A stretch of 64,000 nt of DNA, from positions 21,330,001-21,394,000 of the forward strand of contig NC_058369.1 of NCBI RefSeq assembly GCF_018350175.1, written 5' to 3'. Of this stretch, positions 51,101 through 61,400 are shown piece after piece. Below the pieces are notes generated by a model. That model was not told the origin of the DNA. It did not search any database and was given only the letters and a program-made list of their open reading frames with translations. How positions within the stretch are numbered: position 1 is the first letter of the stretch; each line of letters opens with the position of its first letter. This DNA is from Felis catus. Its lineage: Eukaryota. Made by a program: the position numbers and the translations under genes.

Positions 51101-54100
51101 TGCTGTCGGCCTTGCACCCCTCCCCGACTCAATCCAGCTCCAACATCCAGCAGTTGCCAAACCGAGTGACTGGCGGTGAGTCCTGGGGAGGGGCTGGGGG
51201 ACACCCCTGCCTTGCTCCTGGCCGGCCCTAGCCCACCTTCCGGATGCCCAATCTAACAGACTCCATGCTATGCCCCCAGTGGACACTGACCCCCACTTCC
51301 TCATCCACGTGCCCCAGAAAGAGGATACCCTGTGCTTCAATATCGATGAGGAGCCCGGTGTGGTCCTGAGCCTGGTGCAGGACCCTGACACAGGTATGGG
51401 TGACATCACTGATTCTGCCAGACAGCGTGGGGCCTGGACTCCTCGGCCCTCAGTGTACAGCTGCAGACAGGACAGTGGCAGTGGCCGCCACTTCCCACAG
51501 TCCATGCCCCAGCATCATCTGGAGGGACTCAACCTGCCTCCTTCCCTCCCATCCACCTGCCCTAGATGGCACCTGCTTCGTGGACATGTGACCGGTGGGG
51601 GCACACAGGACCCTATGCTTAGAAGGGTCCACGCTTGATTTAATACTCTGCTGTAACTGTTTTGAAATTCTTAATGCTTTTTGAACAAAGGGCCCCTCAC
51701 TTCCATTTTGTACCAAGTTCTGCAAGTTACATAGTGATCCTGCCCTGCGTTCAGCCTCTGAGGGGGCCTCTGAGTCCATCCCCCGGCAGTGCTCTGGGGT
51801 GGGAATGACTCCCTGTCTCTTGGCCACTCTCTCTCCCTCCCTCCCAGTCCAGTCAGGCCATCTGCAAGGGTTCATTGAGTACCTCCTGGGGGCCATGGGT
51901 GTAGTAAGTCCCTACTCTTGTGGAGTTTAGGGAAGGGAGACAAACAGGCAAGCAAATTCTCCGATGACAGCCTCAGAGCATGAGGCATGATGTGGTGGTA
52001 GTGAGGATGATGAGGGGGCTTTGGGGCTGCTCAGGTCATAGGAGGCCTCTGTGACCTGCTTCTGTGTCAGGGGTTAGAGCCACAGAGAAGGAGCAGGCCC
52101 AAGTCCTGCAAGGCGTCTTTCATGGCCCGGATGTGAGGGCTCAGTGACAGGTAGTGTGTGTGGGGGGTGCAGAGTGGTGCTGTGTGGCCTCCACCAATCC
52201 TGAAAACCCCTCAGGAGGTGAACCCCTCAAAGCTGGTGTGGGATGGGTGGGGTGTGGGTGTCTACCGGGGGGAGGTGCGGCATGAGCACAGGCAGGCTGG
52301 CGGGGGTCTGGCGAGAGCAGACCCCTCCCTGACCCGGACTGCCCCTCACCCCGCTGCAGGCTTCTCAGTGAATGGGCAGCTCATTGGCAACAAGGCCAGG
52401 AGCCCCGGGCAGCATGAGGGCACGTACTTCGGGCGGCTGGGGATCGCCAACCCCGCAACGGACTTTCATCTGGAAGTGACTCCCCAGAACATTACGCTGA
52501 ACCCTGGCTTGGGCGGCCCCGTGTTCTCCTGGGGAGACCAGGCTTCACTGCGGCAGCATGAGTAACCAGGCTGGGGCCGGGGGCTGGGTGGGGAGGCAAG
52601 GGCAAGGGTGGTTAGGGACAGGCACGAAGCCCCAGAGCCAGCTCAGCTGCCTGAGCTTGCCGGGCCCTGGTCACCTGCGCCATGGCAGTGAATGACATCC
52701 ATGTGGCTTCCCTGGGAGCTGGGCAGACATGTGGGACCCTGAGGACCACCCCACCCATTTCCCTCGGTTCCCAGACATGTGCTCCAGGCCCGAATGCCTG
52801 CGGGTCTGGGCTCCCAGGCTCCCTCGCCCTACAGTCCATCCCATCTCCACCAAGCAAAGCCGACTCACCTCCCCGGCCCAGGGCAAAGGCTACCCATTCC
52901 CTGAAACTCCAGAGTGCCCTTTCAGCACCTGTGTTAGCACGCCTTGCCTTGTGTTTGTTCCTTCCTTCACTCATTCACTCAGCAAACTCTGCTGAGCATC
53001 AGAGCCTGACGCCAGACAGAGAGCTATAGAAAGAGGTGGGCAGAGTCCAGGTGGAGGACACAGATGATGAGTGGTGGTCAAAGAACACAGACTTTGATAT
53101 TGGACGGGCTGGAGTTTAAGTCCTGGCTTTACCGCTTTCCAGCTGTGTGACCTTGGGCAAGTTACTTAACCTCTTTGAGCCTCACAGGATCACAGTGAGA
53201 ACTGAATGATGCAGTTTGTAGGGAGGGCTTGGCACAGGGTCTAGCACACTGTAGGGGCCCCATACACAATAGCAACATGTGAGAAGGTAACACCCACCAT
53301 CTGGGAGTGAGGAGCTCATGAGAGCTGGGTCCAAGAGGACAAGGGTGACCGAATGGAGAAAGGTGTAATGTGGCTGCATCTGCCCTCACGGCCACCTGGC
53401 CCTGCAGGGTGGTAGTGACCATCAACAGGAAGAGGAACCTGGTGGTGTCTGTGGAGGACGGGGGCACTTTTGAGGTCGTCTTGCACCGGGTGTGGAAGGG
53501 GAGTGCCATTCACCAGGACTTCCTGGGCTTCTACGTGCTGGACAGTCACCGGATGTCGGCACGGACACACGGGCTGCTGGGTACGACCTGCTAGGCAGGC
53601 AGAGCTGTGGGGTGTGCTGTTGAAGCCAGCGGGCTCGCCATGGGTCAGACTTGCCTCTGGGCACCGAACACACTTCCCTCCAACTTGGCCATCAAGACTC
53701 AAAGGTCCAAAGAGGGCTTGTCCTGGGGAAGGTCTTGTCCCTCAGAAAGGTGATCACACACAAGGTGAAACTCAGGCTTAAGTGGACCTGGGGGCGAGCA
53801 GGAGACGTCTGACTAGCAGGAGGGTCCAAACAGACCGGGCTCCCCAAGACCTCCTGGGTGTGATGGGTCACTGGCCACACCGCTTCCCCTGGTGGCCTTC
53901 CTGCAGACCCTGCTCTCTGTGGGCACCTCCCTCTCAACCCTCTCTCCCCAGCCACGTTCCTTCGGAGTTGGTCTAAAAGAGGCAGGAGGTACAACCACCT
54001 GCCAGTAGGTGCTTCCCTGGAGCAGGTGAACTAAAGGAGGCTTTCGATGCCAAAATGTATCAGAAATAGTCATGCCCTTAAGAAAAAACACCCAGGCGAC

Positions 54101-54572
54101 CCTAACCCTCCAGTGAGCACCTGCTGAGTGCAAGGCCCCTCAATGGTCACTGCTGCTTCCAATGTACCTTTCCAGGACAATTCTTCCACCCCTTTGATTT
54201 TGAAGTGTCTGACCCCCACCCGGGCTCCGACCCCACAAAGACAGATGCTACAATGGTGGTGAAGAGCCGGGAGCTGACCGTCACCAGGTGGGTGGGTGGC
54301 TCTCCCAGCATCTCTGCCCTTGGCATTCCTGTGGTTGGTCAGGGCCTTCCTCGTGGTGCCACACAGATGGAGTGGGCTTTCTGGAGGGGGTGCAGCCCTG
54401 CTGAGTCCAAAAGGTAACCCCAGCTGATTTGTATCTTCCCAGGGGCTTGCAAAAAGACTACAGCAAGGACCCCCGGCATGGGGCTGAGGTGACCTGCTGG
54501 TTCATCCACAACAATGGGGCTGGGCTGATCGATGGCGTTCACACTGACTATATTGTCCCTGACATCTTCTGA
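41286..54572 (+). CDS. ITIH1: Inter-alpha-trypsin inhibitor heavy chain H1, complete, 22 coding exons, 910 aa
   Basis: The exons listed below join to 2733 nt, open, all GT-AG. Signal peptide [22 protein letters not shown] domain (CKVTSRFAH), vWA MIDAS DISTS, DPHF cleavage motif, C-terminus DYIVPDIF*. Confidence 0.96.
41661..41681 (+). CDS. ITIH1: ITIH1 exon 2 (21 nt)
   Basis: ttttacag|KQQTVDT|gtgagt. Confidence 0.88.
41981..42147 (+). CDS. ITIH1: ITIH1 exon 3
   Basis: [24 protein letters not shown]...KTAFISDFA. Confidence 0.94.
42600..42704 (+). CDS. ITIH1: ITIH1 exon 4
   Basis: [34 protein letters not shown]. Confidence 0.94.
43058..43220 (+). CDS. ITIH1: ITIH1 exon 5
   Basis: [13 protein letters not shown]...[11 protein letters not shown]. 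Confidence 0.94.
43772..43885 (+). CDS. ITIH1: ITIH1 exon 6
   Basis: [38 protein letters not shown]. Confidence 0.94.
45135..45167. repeat. (CA)n microsatellite
   Basis: Seen directly. Confidence 0.95.
45245..45370 (+). CDS. ITIH1: ITIH1 exon 7
   Basis: [42 protein letters not shown]. Confidence 0.94.
45456..45572 (+). CDS. ITIH1: ITIH1 exon 8
   Basis: [39 protein letters not shown]. Confidence 0.94.
46275..46443 (+). CDS. ITIH1: ITIH1 exon 9
   Basis: [24 protein letters not shown]...FVRRFHLAG. Confidence 0.94.
46532..46657 (+). CDS. ITIH1: ITIH1 exon 10
   Basis: [16 protein letters not shown]...[13 protein letters not shown]. Confidence 0.94.
47621..47802 (+). CDS. ITIH1: ITIH1 exon 11
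   Basis: [27 protein letters not shown]...[12 protein letters not shown]. Confidence 0.93.
48089..48274 (+). CDS. ITIH1: ITIH1 exon 12
   Basis: [19 protein letters not shown]...FKADVLARG. Confidence 0.94.
48770..48930 (+). mobile_element. MIR
   Basis: GGGTGACCTTGAGCAAAT...GCCTCAGTTTC core. Confidence 0.7.
49351..49490 (+). CDS. ITIH1: ITIH1 exon 13
   Basis: [20 protein letters not shown]...[15 protein letters not shown]. Confidence 0.94.
50076..50230 (+). CDS. ITIH1: ITIH1 exon 14
   Basis: [31 protein letters not shown]...IIDKPPE. Confidence 0.94.
50330..50344 (+). CDS. ITIH1: ITIH1 exon 15 (15-nt microexon)
   Basis: Long pyrimidine tract, ccag|DSLPL|gtgagt. Confidence 0.82.
50690..50710 (+). 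CDS. ITIH1: ITIH1 exon 16 (21-nt microexon)
   Basis: ccacag|EMLGHRK|gtaagt. Confidence 0.82.
51095..51175 (+). CDS. ITIH1: ITIH1 exon 17
   Basis: [27 protein letters not shown]. Confidence 0.88.
51280..51393 (+). CDS. ITIH1: ITIH1 exon 18
   Basis: [38 protein letters not shown]. Confidence 0.94.
51590..51743. mobile_element. MER91-like hAT MITE
   Basis: CTTAGAAGGG...TTGAAATTCTTAAT...GAACAAAGGGCCCC, recognised from memory. Confidence 0.55.
52360..52561 (+). CDS. ITIH1: ITIH1 exon 19
   Basis: [29 protein letters not shown]...QASLRQH. Confidence 0.94.
53075..53280 (+). mobile_element. MIR
   Basis: AGCTGTGTGACCTTGGGCAAGTTACTTAACCTCTTTGAGCCTCA. Confidence 0.8.
53408..53580 (+). CDS. ITIH1: ITIH1 exon 20
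   Basis: [30 protein letters not shown]...SARTHGLL. Confidence 0.94.
54176..54287 (+). CDS. ITIH1: ITIH1 exon 21
   Basis: [37 protein letters not shown]. Confidence 0.94.
54443..54572 (+). CDS. ITIH1: ITIH1 exon 22 (coding part)
   Basis: [42 protein letters not shown]. Confidence 0.95.
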
Positions 54573-54697
54573 GCCCCCAGCCAACACACCTGTCCTTCCT
54601 TGGGCTCACGGCAGAGGAGCACAGCATCCTGACCCACTGCCCAGGACACATCTTGCTGTCCAAGCTGATCCACTGTGTCAAAGCTCCCGTGACTTCC

Positions 54698-54703
54698 ATT
54701 AAA
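54698..54703 (+). terminator. ITIH1 polyadenylation signal (ATTAAA)
   Basis: First hexamer, about 125 nt after the stop codon. Confidence 0.7.
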
Positions 54704-54959
54704 GAGAAGCTATGTCCAGTCCAGGCCGGCTGCTTTCTGGGAGGGAGGGCGATGGGGAGGCAATCCAAGATGCTGCCGCCAGGAAGGACTCAGGGGTCAT
54801 AGCAGACCTGGAGGTCGGGAGGAAACCCATGCCAACTTTGCCCCCACCCCACCTTGTTTGCTGCAGCTGCCAGACCCTATGCTCTCTGAGCATCTGGAGT
54901 GTCCCCTGCACACAGCTATCCCTACAGGTCCAAGGCCCAAAGGACACTGTGGCAGCCTA

Positions 54960-55150
54960 TATAGGCACTGTTCTAAGTGCCTTCATTGAATTAACTAAAT
55001 GTATGCTCCCAACAGTCTTAGGGGGGATACCGTTTTACCCATTTATAGCTGAGGAAACTGAGGTTAGGTAACTTGTCCCAAGTCACTCATGAATGGCCCA
55101 ACTGGGATTTGAACCCATACTGTCTGGTGCCAGCATCTGTGTGCTTAAGC
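54960..55150 (-). mobile_element. MIR
   Basis: CCCATTTATAGCTGAGGAAACTGAGG...AACTTGTCCCAAGTCAC. Confidence 0.75.
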
Positions 55151-55704
55151 ACCCCCCTGTGAATACTCCTGTCAGGCTGGGCAGCTGATGGCCGCAGCCC
55201 ACGGAGATTGGGTTCTAGATATTCCAGAGCATCGCTTAAAATGAACATAAGAAAGGCACAAACCATATATGGACTTGGGGTCCCTAGGTAGTCCTGCCGA
55301 GAGCTGGATGCTGCACCCCTGGGCACAGGGCCTCCCCCTCAGCTCGACTCTGCAGCTGTGGCTTTGCAACGCCTTACACTGGGGATAGTTCCCAAAGGCA
55401 GGGATAGCCAGTCCCCAGAAGCTGTGATTCCAGGGAGCCAGTGACGGCAGCCCGCTGGCTCCTCATGCTGACACCTGGAATGATCTTTTCAGGGCTTCTT
55501 CCCTTGGCTTCACCTTGGGGCCCAGTTAAAGTTCAGTGTCACAGGGTGCAAGGAGATGAGCCTATACTATACCTTGGGGAGCTTCTGGCCCTCTGGGTGA
55601 TAGGCGTTTCTTTTCCAAAGGTTTCTACTTTTTCTCTGCTGGCTTCTGTCCAGTTCCCACTGCAGTGGAGGCCCTTGAAGACCCAGAGCAATAACACAAA
55701 TCTG

Positions 55705-55911
55705 GGGGTGCCTGGGTGGCTCAGTTGGTTGAGCATCTGGCTTCAGCTCGGATCATGGTCTCACAGCTTGTGGGTTCCAGCCCCATGTTGGGCTCTGTGC
55801 TGACAGTTTGGAGCCTGGAGCCTGCCTCGGATTCTGTGTCTCCCTCTCTCTGCCCCCCCTCTGCTCACGAGCTGTCGCTTTCTCCTTCAAAAACAAACAG
55901 ACATTAAAAAA
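55705..55911 (+). mobile_element. Can-SINE
   Basis: Head, CT tract and tail. Confidence 0.9.
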
Positions 55912-57682
55912 ATGGTTTTAAAGTAACACAGATGCTGAGATCCAGGGCTGCCCCAGGCCCAGGGAACATAGAGCCCTCCCTCAGTGGCAGGTAGTGGGGG
56001 GTGGGGGCGGGTGGCCAACAGAGTTTCAGGGACCAACCGCCATCTGCAGCATCCTGGGCTTCTCAAGGGAGAGCCATGGGCTCCCAAATGACCGGCCACC
56101 CGAAGCAAGGCTCTCCTGTGGAGTGGAAAAGGGGGAGCCCAAAGATCTCTTAGATTCCATCTAATTCTCAAGTCTGCATGGTGACTCTGGGTCCCTCCAA
56201 GACCCCAGCTGTCCCTCTGGTGCCTGTTGAGCAGCTTCCGAAGTCCTACTTCGAGTGGTCCCTCCCACAAAAGTCTAAGTAACTGGGGAGGAGGTGGTAC
56301 CTAGAGGAAAGGCTGGGAAGGCTCCACAGGCAGCTGCGGGGCCACAAGGAGCCACCGGACACTGCTGTGAGGACAACAGTTCTGCCACAGCCCCCATCGC
56401 CTGGCAGTCAGCGACCATGGGCGCTGAGAATGACCACATGGACGAGATGTCCTGGGAGCCAGGAACCTTGGGGCCAGGCTGCAGCGCAGCTCTGAGAGGG
56501 GTCTTGGCTCTGCTCCTGGGGGTCAGCACTGAGCTCGGCACCAGCCAGCAGTGGGGGTGTGTAAGGATTCCAGAAGCCTGGGGAGCACAAGCACCCCAGC
56601 TGGCCTCCTCCACAGGTGGTGACCCTCTCAGTGGCTGCTTCATCTGGTCCAACGTCATCTTGCTGACTTGGCAACTGTCATTGCTTCTGTGGCTCATGCC
56701 ACTTCCAGCCACTAGTCCAATTTTTCCTCATGGCTTCTGCTGCCTCATGGAGTCTTCTTTCTGCCTTCTCGCCCTTTCTCTGCTCCTGGCAGTCAACTCT
56801 CTCTGTATAACTCACAGTTGGGTGTGGAGCTTTCATCCAAGGCCATGGTATGTCATAAATTAGCTGCCTTGTGCCCAGGCAGCCTTGTCAACACCATTCA
56901 GTGGTGGCCCCGTGGGAGAGTCACGGGGTCACTTTGCTCAGAAGAGTATGTGTATGGCAGGCACATGGTGGCCACTCTGGAAGGTCTGGGAGCTGGCAGG
57001 GTCTGGGCATGACCCAGGGTGGGCCTGGGCTCTTCCTCTGAGGGTCCCATTGTCCTGGAGACCAGAGCTCCAGCCTCACTGGAGACTCTTAAGGGAATGA
57101 TTCTCCAGGAGGCGAGGGCAGCTGAGTCCCTGGCCGTCCCCCAGGAACACAGGGATGAATGTGACATGGCCTGGCCCTCCAGGAGCTCGGACTCTAGAGT
57201 CTAGAGGACTCTAGGGTGATTAGACCCAAACATACAGGCCTCAACAAAAGGTGAAATGGAGCAGACCCTCAGGGGCTGGGAGCCTGGAGCAGAGCTGTGT
57301 GGGGTCAGCTAGGGGACAAAACAGGAAGACTTCTGGGACGGGACATCAGGCTGGCAGGGCGAGAGGTGCAAGTGCAGAGACGGGGAGGGCATGCCAGTGG
57401 GAAGAGAGTAAGTTTGGAAAAGCAAGTTGGAGCTAGATCACAGCGAGCGCTGGCGCACAGGCCTGGGGTTTGTCCTTTCCCTGGGGCCGTGAGAACCCAA
57501 GAAGGGTAATGAACAAGGTGTTTGGCCATGGAGGTCTGAGCCTCACTGTGGCCGGCCTGGCTTTGCACCCTGGCTGCCTGGAGAAGGCTGGGAGGCTTCT
57601 GTCCAGGAGGTCAGACTCAAGGCCACGTCAGTGGTGCAGGTAATGGACAATAGGCAGCAGTGCTGAGATGCCATTGGCTATC

Positions 57683-58095
57683 TTTTTTTTGTCTTTCCAA
57701 GATTTTATTTAAATTCAAGTTAGTTAACATGCAGTGTAGCATTGGTTTCAGGAGTAGAATTAAGTGATTCATCACTTACACATAACACCCAGTGCTCACC
57801 CCAGCAAGTGCTCTCCTTAATACCCATCACCCATCTAGCCTGTCCCCCCACCCACCTCCGGCCCACAACCCTCAGTTTGTTCTCTGTAGTTAAGGGTCTC
57901 TTATGGTTTGCCTCCCTCTCCGTTTTTATCTTATAAATTTTTTCCTTCCCTCTTCCCCTATGGTCATCTGTTGTGTTTCTTAAATTCCACATATGAGTGA
58001 AATCATACAACATTTGTCTTTCTCTAATACATTCTAGTTCCATCCACGTTGTTGCAAATGGCAAGATTTCATTCTTTTTGATGGCTGACTGACTA
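57683..58095 (-). mobile_element. Carnivore L1 3' end upstream of ITIH3
   Basis: PFATTWMELECI peptide and 3' UTR; approximate TSD TGCCATTG(G/A)CT. Confidence 0.88.
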
Positions 58096-58323
58096 ATGTT
58101 GCCATTGACTTTCGTTGTGACTCCACACCATCACCCCTACTTGGGGAGCCCCGGGCCCATGTGCCAACACACAGCTTGTGTTTTTGCCAGGAGCCTCCAT
58201 GTCCCAACACTGTTGACAGTCCCCATGGCCCCCTTGGTACAGGCAGATCTAGGGCCTCTTACTCCACCCACGCCCCAGGTTCCCAGAGGAGGCCCCCCTC
58301 CCGCTCCTCCCGTCCTACACTGC

Positions 58324-58368
58324 AGGTCACTGACCCCACTTGGAAAACACCAGCCTCACCATATAAGG
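58324..58368 (+). promoter_or_regulatory. ITIH3 core promoter: IR-1 element (58324-58336) and TATA box (TATAAG at 58362)
   Basis: AGGTCA-C-TGACCC followed by CATATAAGG about 35 nt before the ATG. Confidence 0.6.
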
Positions 58369-58396
58369 AGCTCAGGCCAGGCCTGCGTGCTCAGCG

Positions 58397-58489
58397 ATGG
58401 CATCTGCCTGGTGGCCCTGCCTCATCTTGGCCCTGCTCTCTGGCTTGGCGGCCTCTGGCTTCCCAAGGAGCCCCTCCCGGCCACTGGGG
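58397..58489 (+). CDS. ITIH3: ITIH3 exon 1
   Basis: [31 protein letters not shown]|gtaagt. Confidence 0.93.
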
Positions 58490-61400
58490 GTAAGTCTGCC
58501 CCCTCTTCACCATCTGGGCTTGTCACATGGGCAGAGGCAACAGGATAGATGGTCCTCTATGTGGGGCAAGGAGGAGGCAGAAGGCTAGGCAGTGAGCTAC
58601 AGAGGACAGAGCTAGGTGTTGGGCTTTTAAATCTCCCTGGGCCTCTGTTTCCCCACCTGTTAAATGGGCGATGCACCAGGAACCGTTCAGCTCACTGAGG
58701 GGCTGTGCAGGTCCATATCTGAGACAAGGGCAGAGGACTCCAGAAAGGGCTGAGCTGAGCCTTGTGGGGTACAACCCTAGTGCGGGTGCTCTCAGGGGAG
58801 GCCTCAGGGGCTTTGGGCCCAGAGCAAGGCAGAGTGGTCAGGGTACGTGAGGCAGGGAGAGAGCTGGTTTAGTTCTCCCAGCCCTGCTCCTCTGTGAAAC
58901 CTGAGACCTTCCCTCTCTGAACCTCAGTTTCCATAATCTACTCAGAGCCCTTCCTACTCTGAAGTAGCTCTGGGTAGGCCCTATGTCCAGAGGCCCCTCA
59001 AGGGGGGTGTGTGTGGGGGAGTCACTGCTGAACCCTGGCCTCAGCCCAGAGCCTGCTCCCAGGCCATGGTGGCCTTGGCCTTGGCTTGATCCCTGTGTTT
59101 GTCTTTGTTTTTGCAGAAACGGAGCCTCCCGGAAGGGGTGAGAACTTTCACCAGGGATGGGGTGGGGTGAGTCAGGGCAGGATGGAGCTGGCTGCCCAAT
59201 AGCAGAAGGGGTGGGCCATAATGGCAGGTCCCTGACACTGGACAAACAGCCCACAGCCCCCTGCCCTGTCAAGACCCCCATGCGACTCAAAACCCCTGGG
59301 AGAGAGTGTCACAGAACCGTGCTCTCGGATCTCTCTGGATACGGCGCAGGACCACTCTTCCACCAGCCCCTCCTTCCACAAACACTTACCCAGCACTCAC
59401 TGGTACCAGGGCCTGTGCGCAGGGCTGGGGACACACATCCTCATGAAGCATCTTTATATCCTGCCAGATGTCTCCCTCGGCCTTCCCTCAGTCCACCGTC
59501 TGCATTGGAGAGAAGGTGCTGGGGACATGAAGGTTGTCCCCACACACTCCCCTTATCTGGGGACAGAACTGGGCAATTACCAAAGGAGAGGAGGAGGGCG
59601 GGGTGTGTGCAACTGTGATTTCTTTCCAAGTGGAGGTGAGCGGGAGGAGCTAGGGTGATCTAGGGCCAGAGACTTGGTGTGGCTGGAGCACAGGTGATCA
59701 GAGAGGCAGGACCTGTCTGGGGGACCTCAGAGCCATGGGGAAAACCGTCCTGAGGGTGATGGGGAGCAGCAGGTTTAGGTTTTTATAAGATCTCCCCACT
59801 ACAGCTGGCTACATGTTATGTAAACAGACCCAGGGTTAAGGATGTGGAACAGGGCCCTCTCCCTCTCCCCCTTTCCCCTCCCCCTCCGCTTGGCACCAAC
59901 ACAGGCAATACCACCCAGCATGAAGTTCCTTCTCATGGTGCAAAACCCCTCCCCCAGGGGCTTCTTGGTGCTGAGCTCTAAGGTGGGCTGAGCTAGGGGC
60001 CTGTGAGGCCAGTGAACAGGGAGAGGCAAAGGTTGAATCAGACAAGCATCCCACCCAACAAGGAGCCCCTCGTCTCTGAGGGGGAGACAGGTGCTCAGAA
60101 AGGCCAGAGAATTCCAGAAGCGGGGTAGACAACTGAACATGAAGGTGGAAGATGCCGCCCAGGCTCCAGACACGGTGACTGGGAAACTGGAGGGACCACT
60201 TACCAGGCAGGGGCTCTGGGCTGTGCGGACAGAGCCTGGAAGGGGAGCAACCAGGTTGAAGGTCTGGTTTCCCAGAGGCAGATCACCACCCACTCCTGCA
60301 GGTTGTCAACGGCATCGAGGTCTACAGCACCAAGATCAGCTGCAAGGTCACCTCCCGCTTTGCTCACAATGTTGTCACCACGAGGGCTGTCAATCGTGCA
60401 GACACTGCCAAGGAGGTGTCCTTTGACGTGGAGCTGCCCAAGACAGCCTTCATCACCAACTTCACCTTGTGGGTGTCACCACGGCTACTGGCTCCGGCGG
60501 GGGAGGGGAGTCTGGCTCAGCTTGAGCCCCCAACTCTCCTTTCTTACAGGACCATCGACGGTGTTACCTACCCCGGGAATGTCAAGGAGAAGGAAGTCGC
60601 CAAGAAGCAGTATGAAAAGGCTGTGTCCCAGGGCAAGACAGCCGGCTTGGTCAAGTAAGTATGGACCCCCTAGGACTTAGGGAAGAACGTCTGGGCTACA
60701 AGGGCTCTCAGAGATGCAGACAACAACAGCAACGGCCATTATTATTATTATTAGTTATTATTTCATTATTATAGCAAAAGTTGCCCGTAATTTTCACATT
60801 ACCCCACTTTGAAGTGGAGGTAAGCAAGGCTCAGAGAGGGTAGGGTTTCTCCTGAGGGGCTGAGATTGAAACCGAGGGCCTGAGGGCCCGAGAAGGTCTG
60901 CAGGGCAGTCATTGTCTGGCACCCGCATTCAGGGCCTCAGGGAGGAAGCTGGAGAAATTCACAGTCTCGGTCAACGTGGCAGCAGGCAGCAAAGTCACGT
61001 TTGAGCTAACCTATGAGGAGCTGCTGAAGAGGCACAAAGGCAAATACGAGATGTACCTTAAGGTCCAGCCCAAGCAACTGGTCAAGCACTTTGAGGTAAT
61101 CAACCACCCCTGCAGCCCCTGCTGAACCTGCAAGGGTGCGGGTGCAGGGAAGGGCCCTGGGGCAGTGCCCAGAGCAGGGTCAAGAATGCAGAAGTCGGCC
61201 CCACCATGGCTGAGGAGCATAGGAGCTGAAAGCCAAAGGGAAATGCTTTAGTGGTAGTATGGAGGCCAATATGGCGGGTGATGGAAGAGCCCTGGGGTCA
61301 TGGACCCGTCCACAGCTCTTGAAGCCATTTTCTTGGTGGGAGACACCAGGCTTAGTCATCATGAGTTGTCTGGAAGTTGTCCCTGTGCCCTCACCCACCA

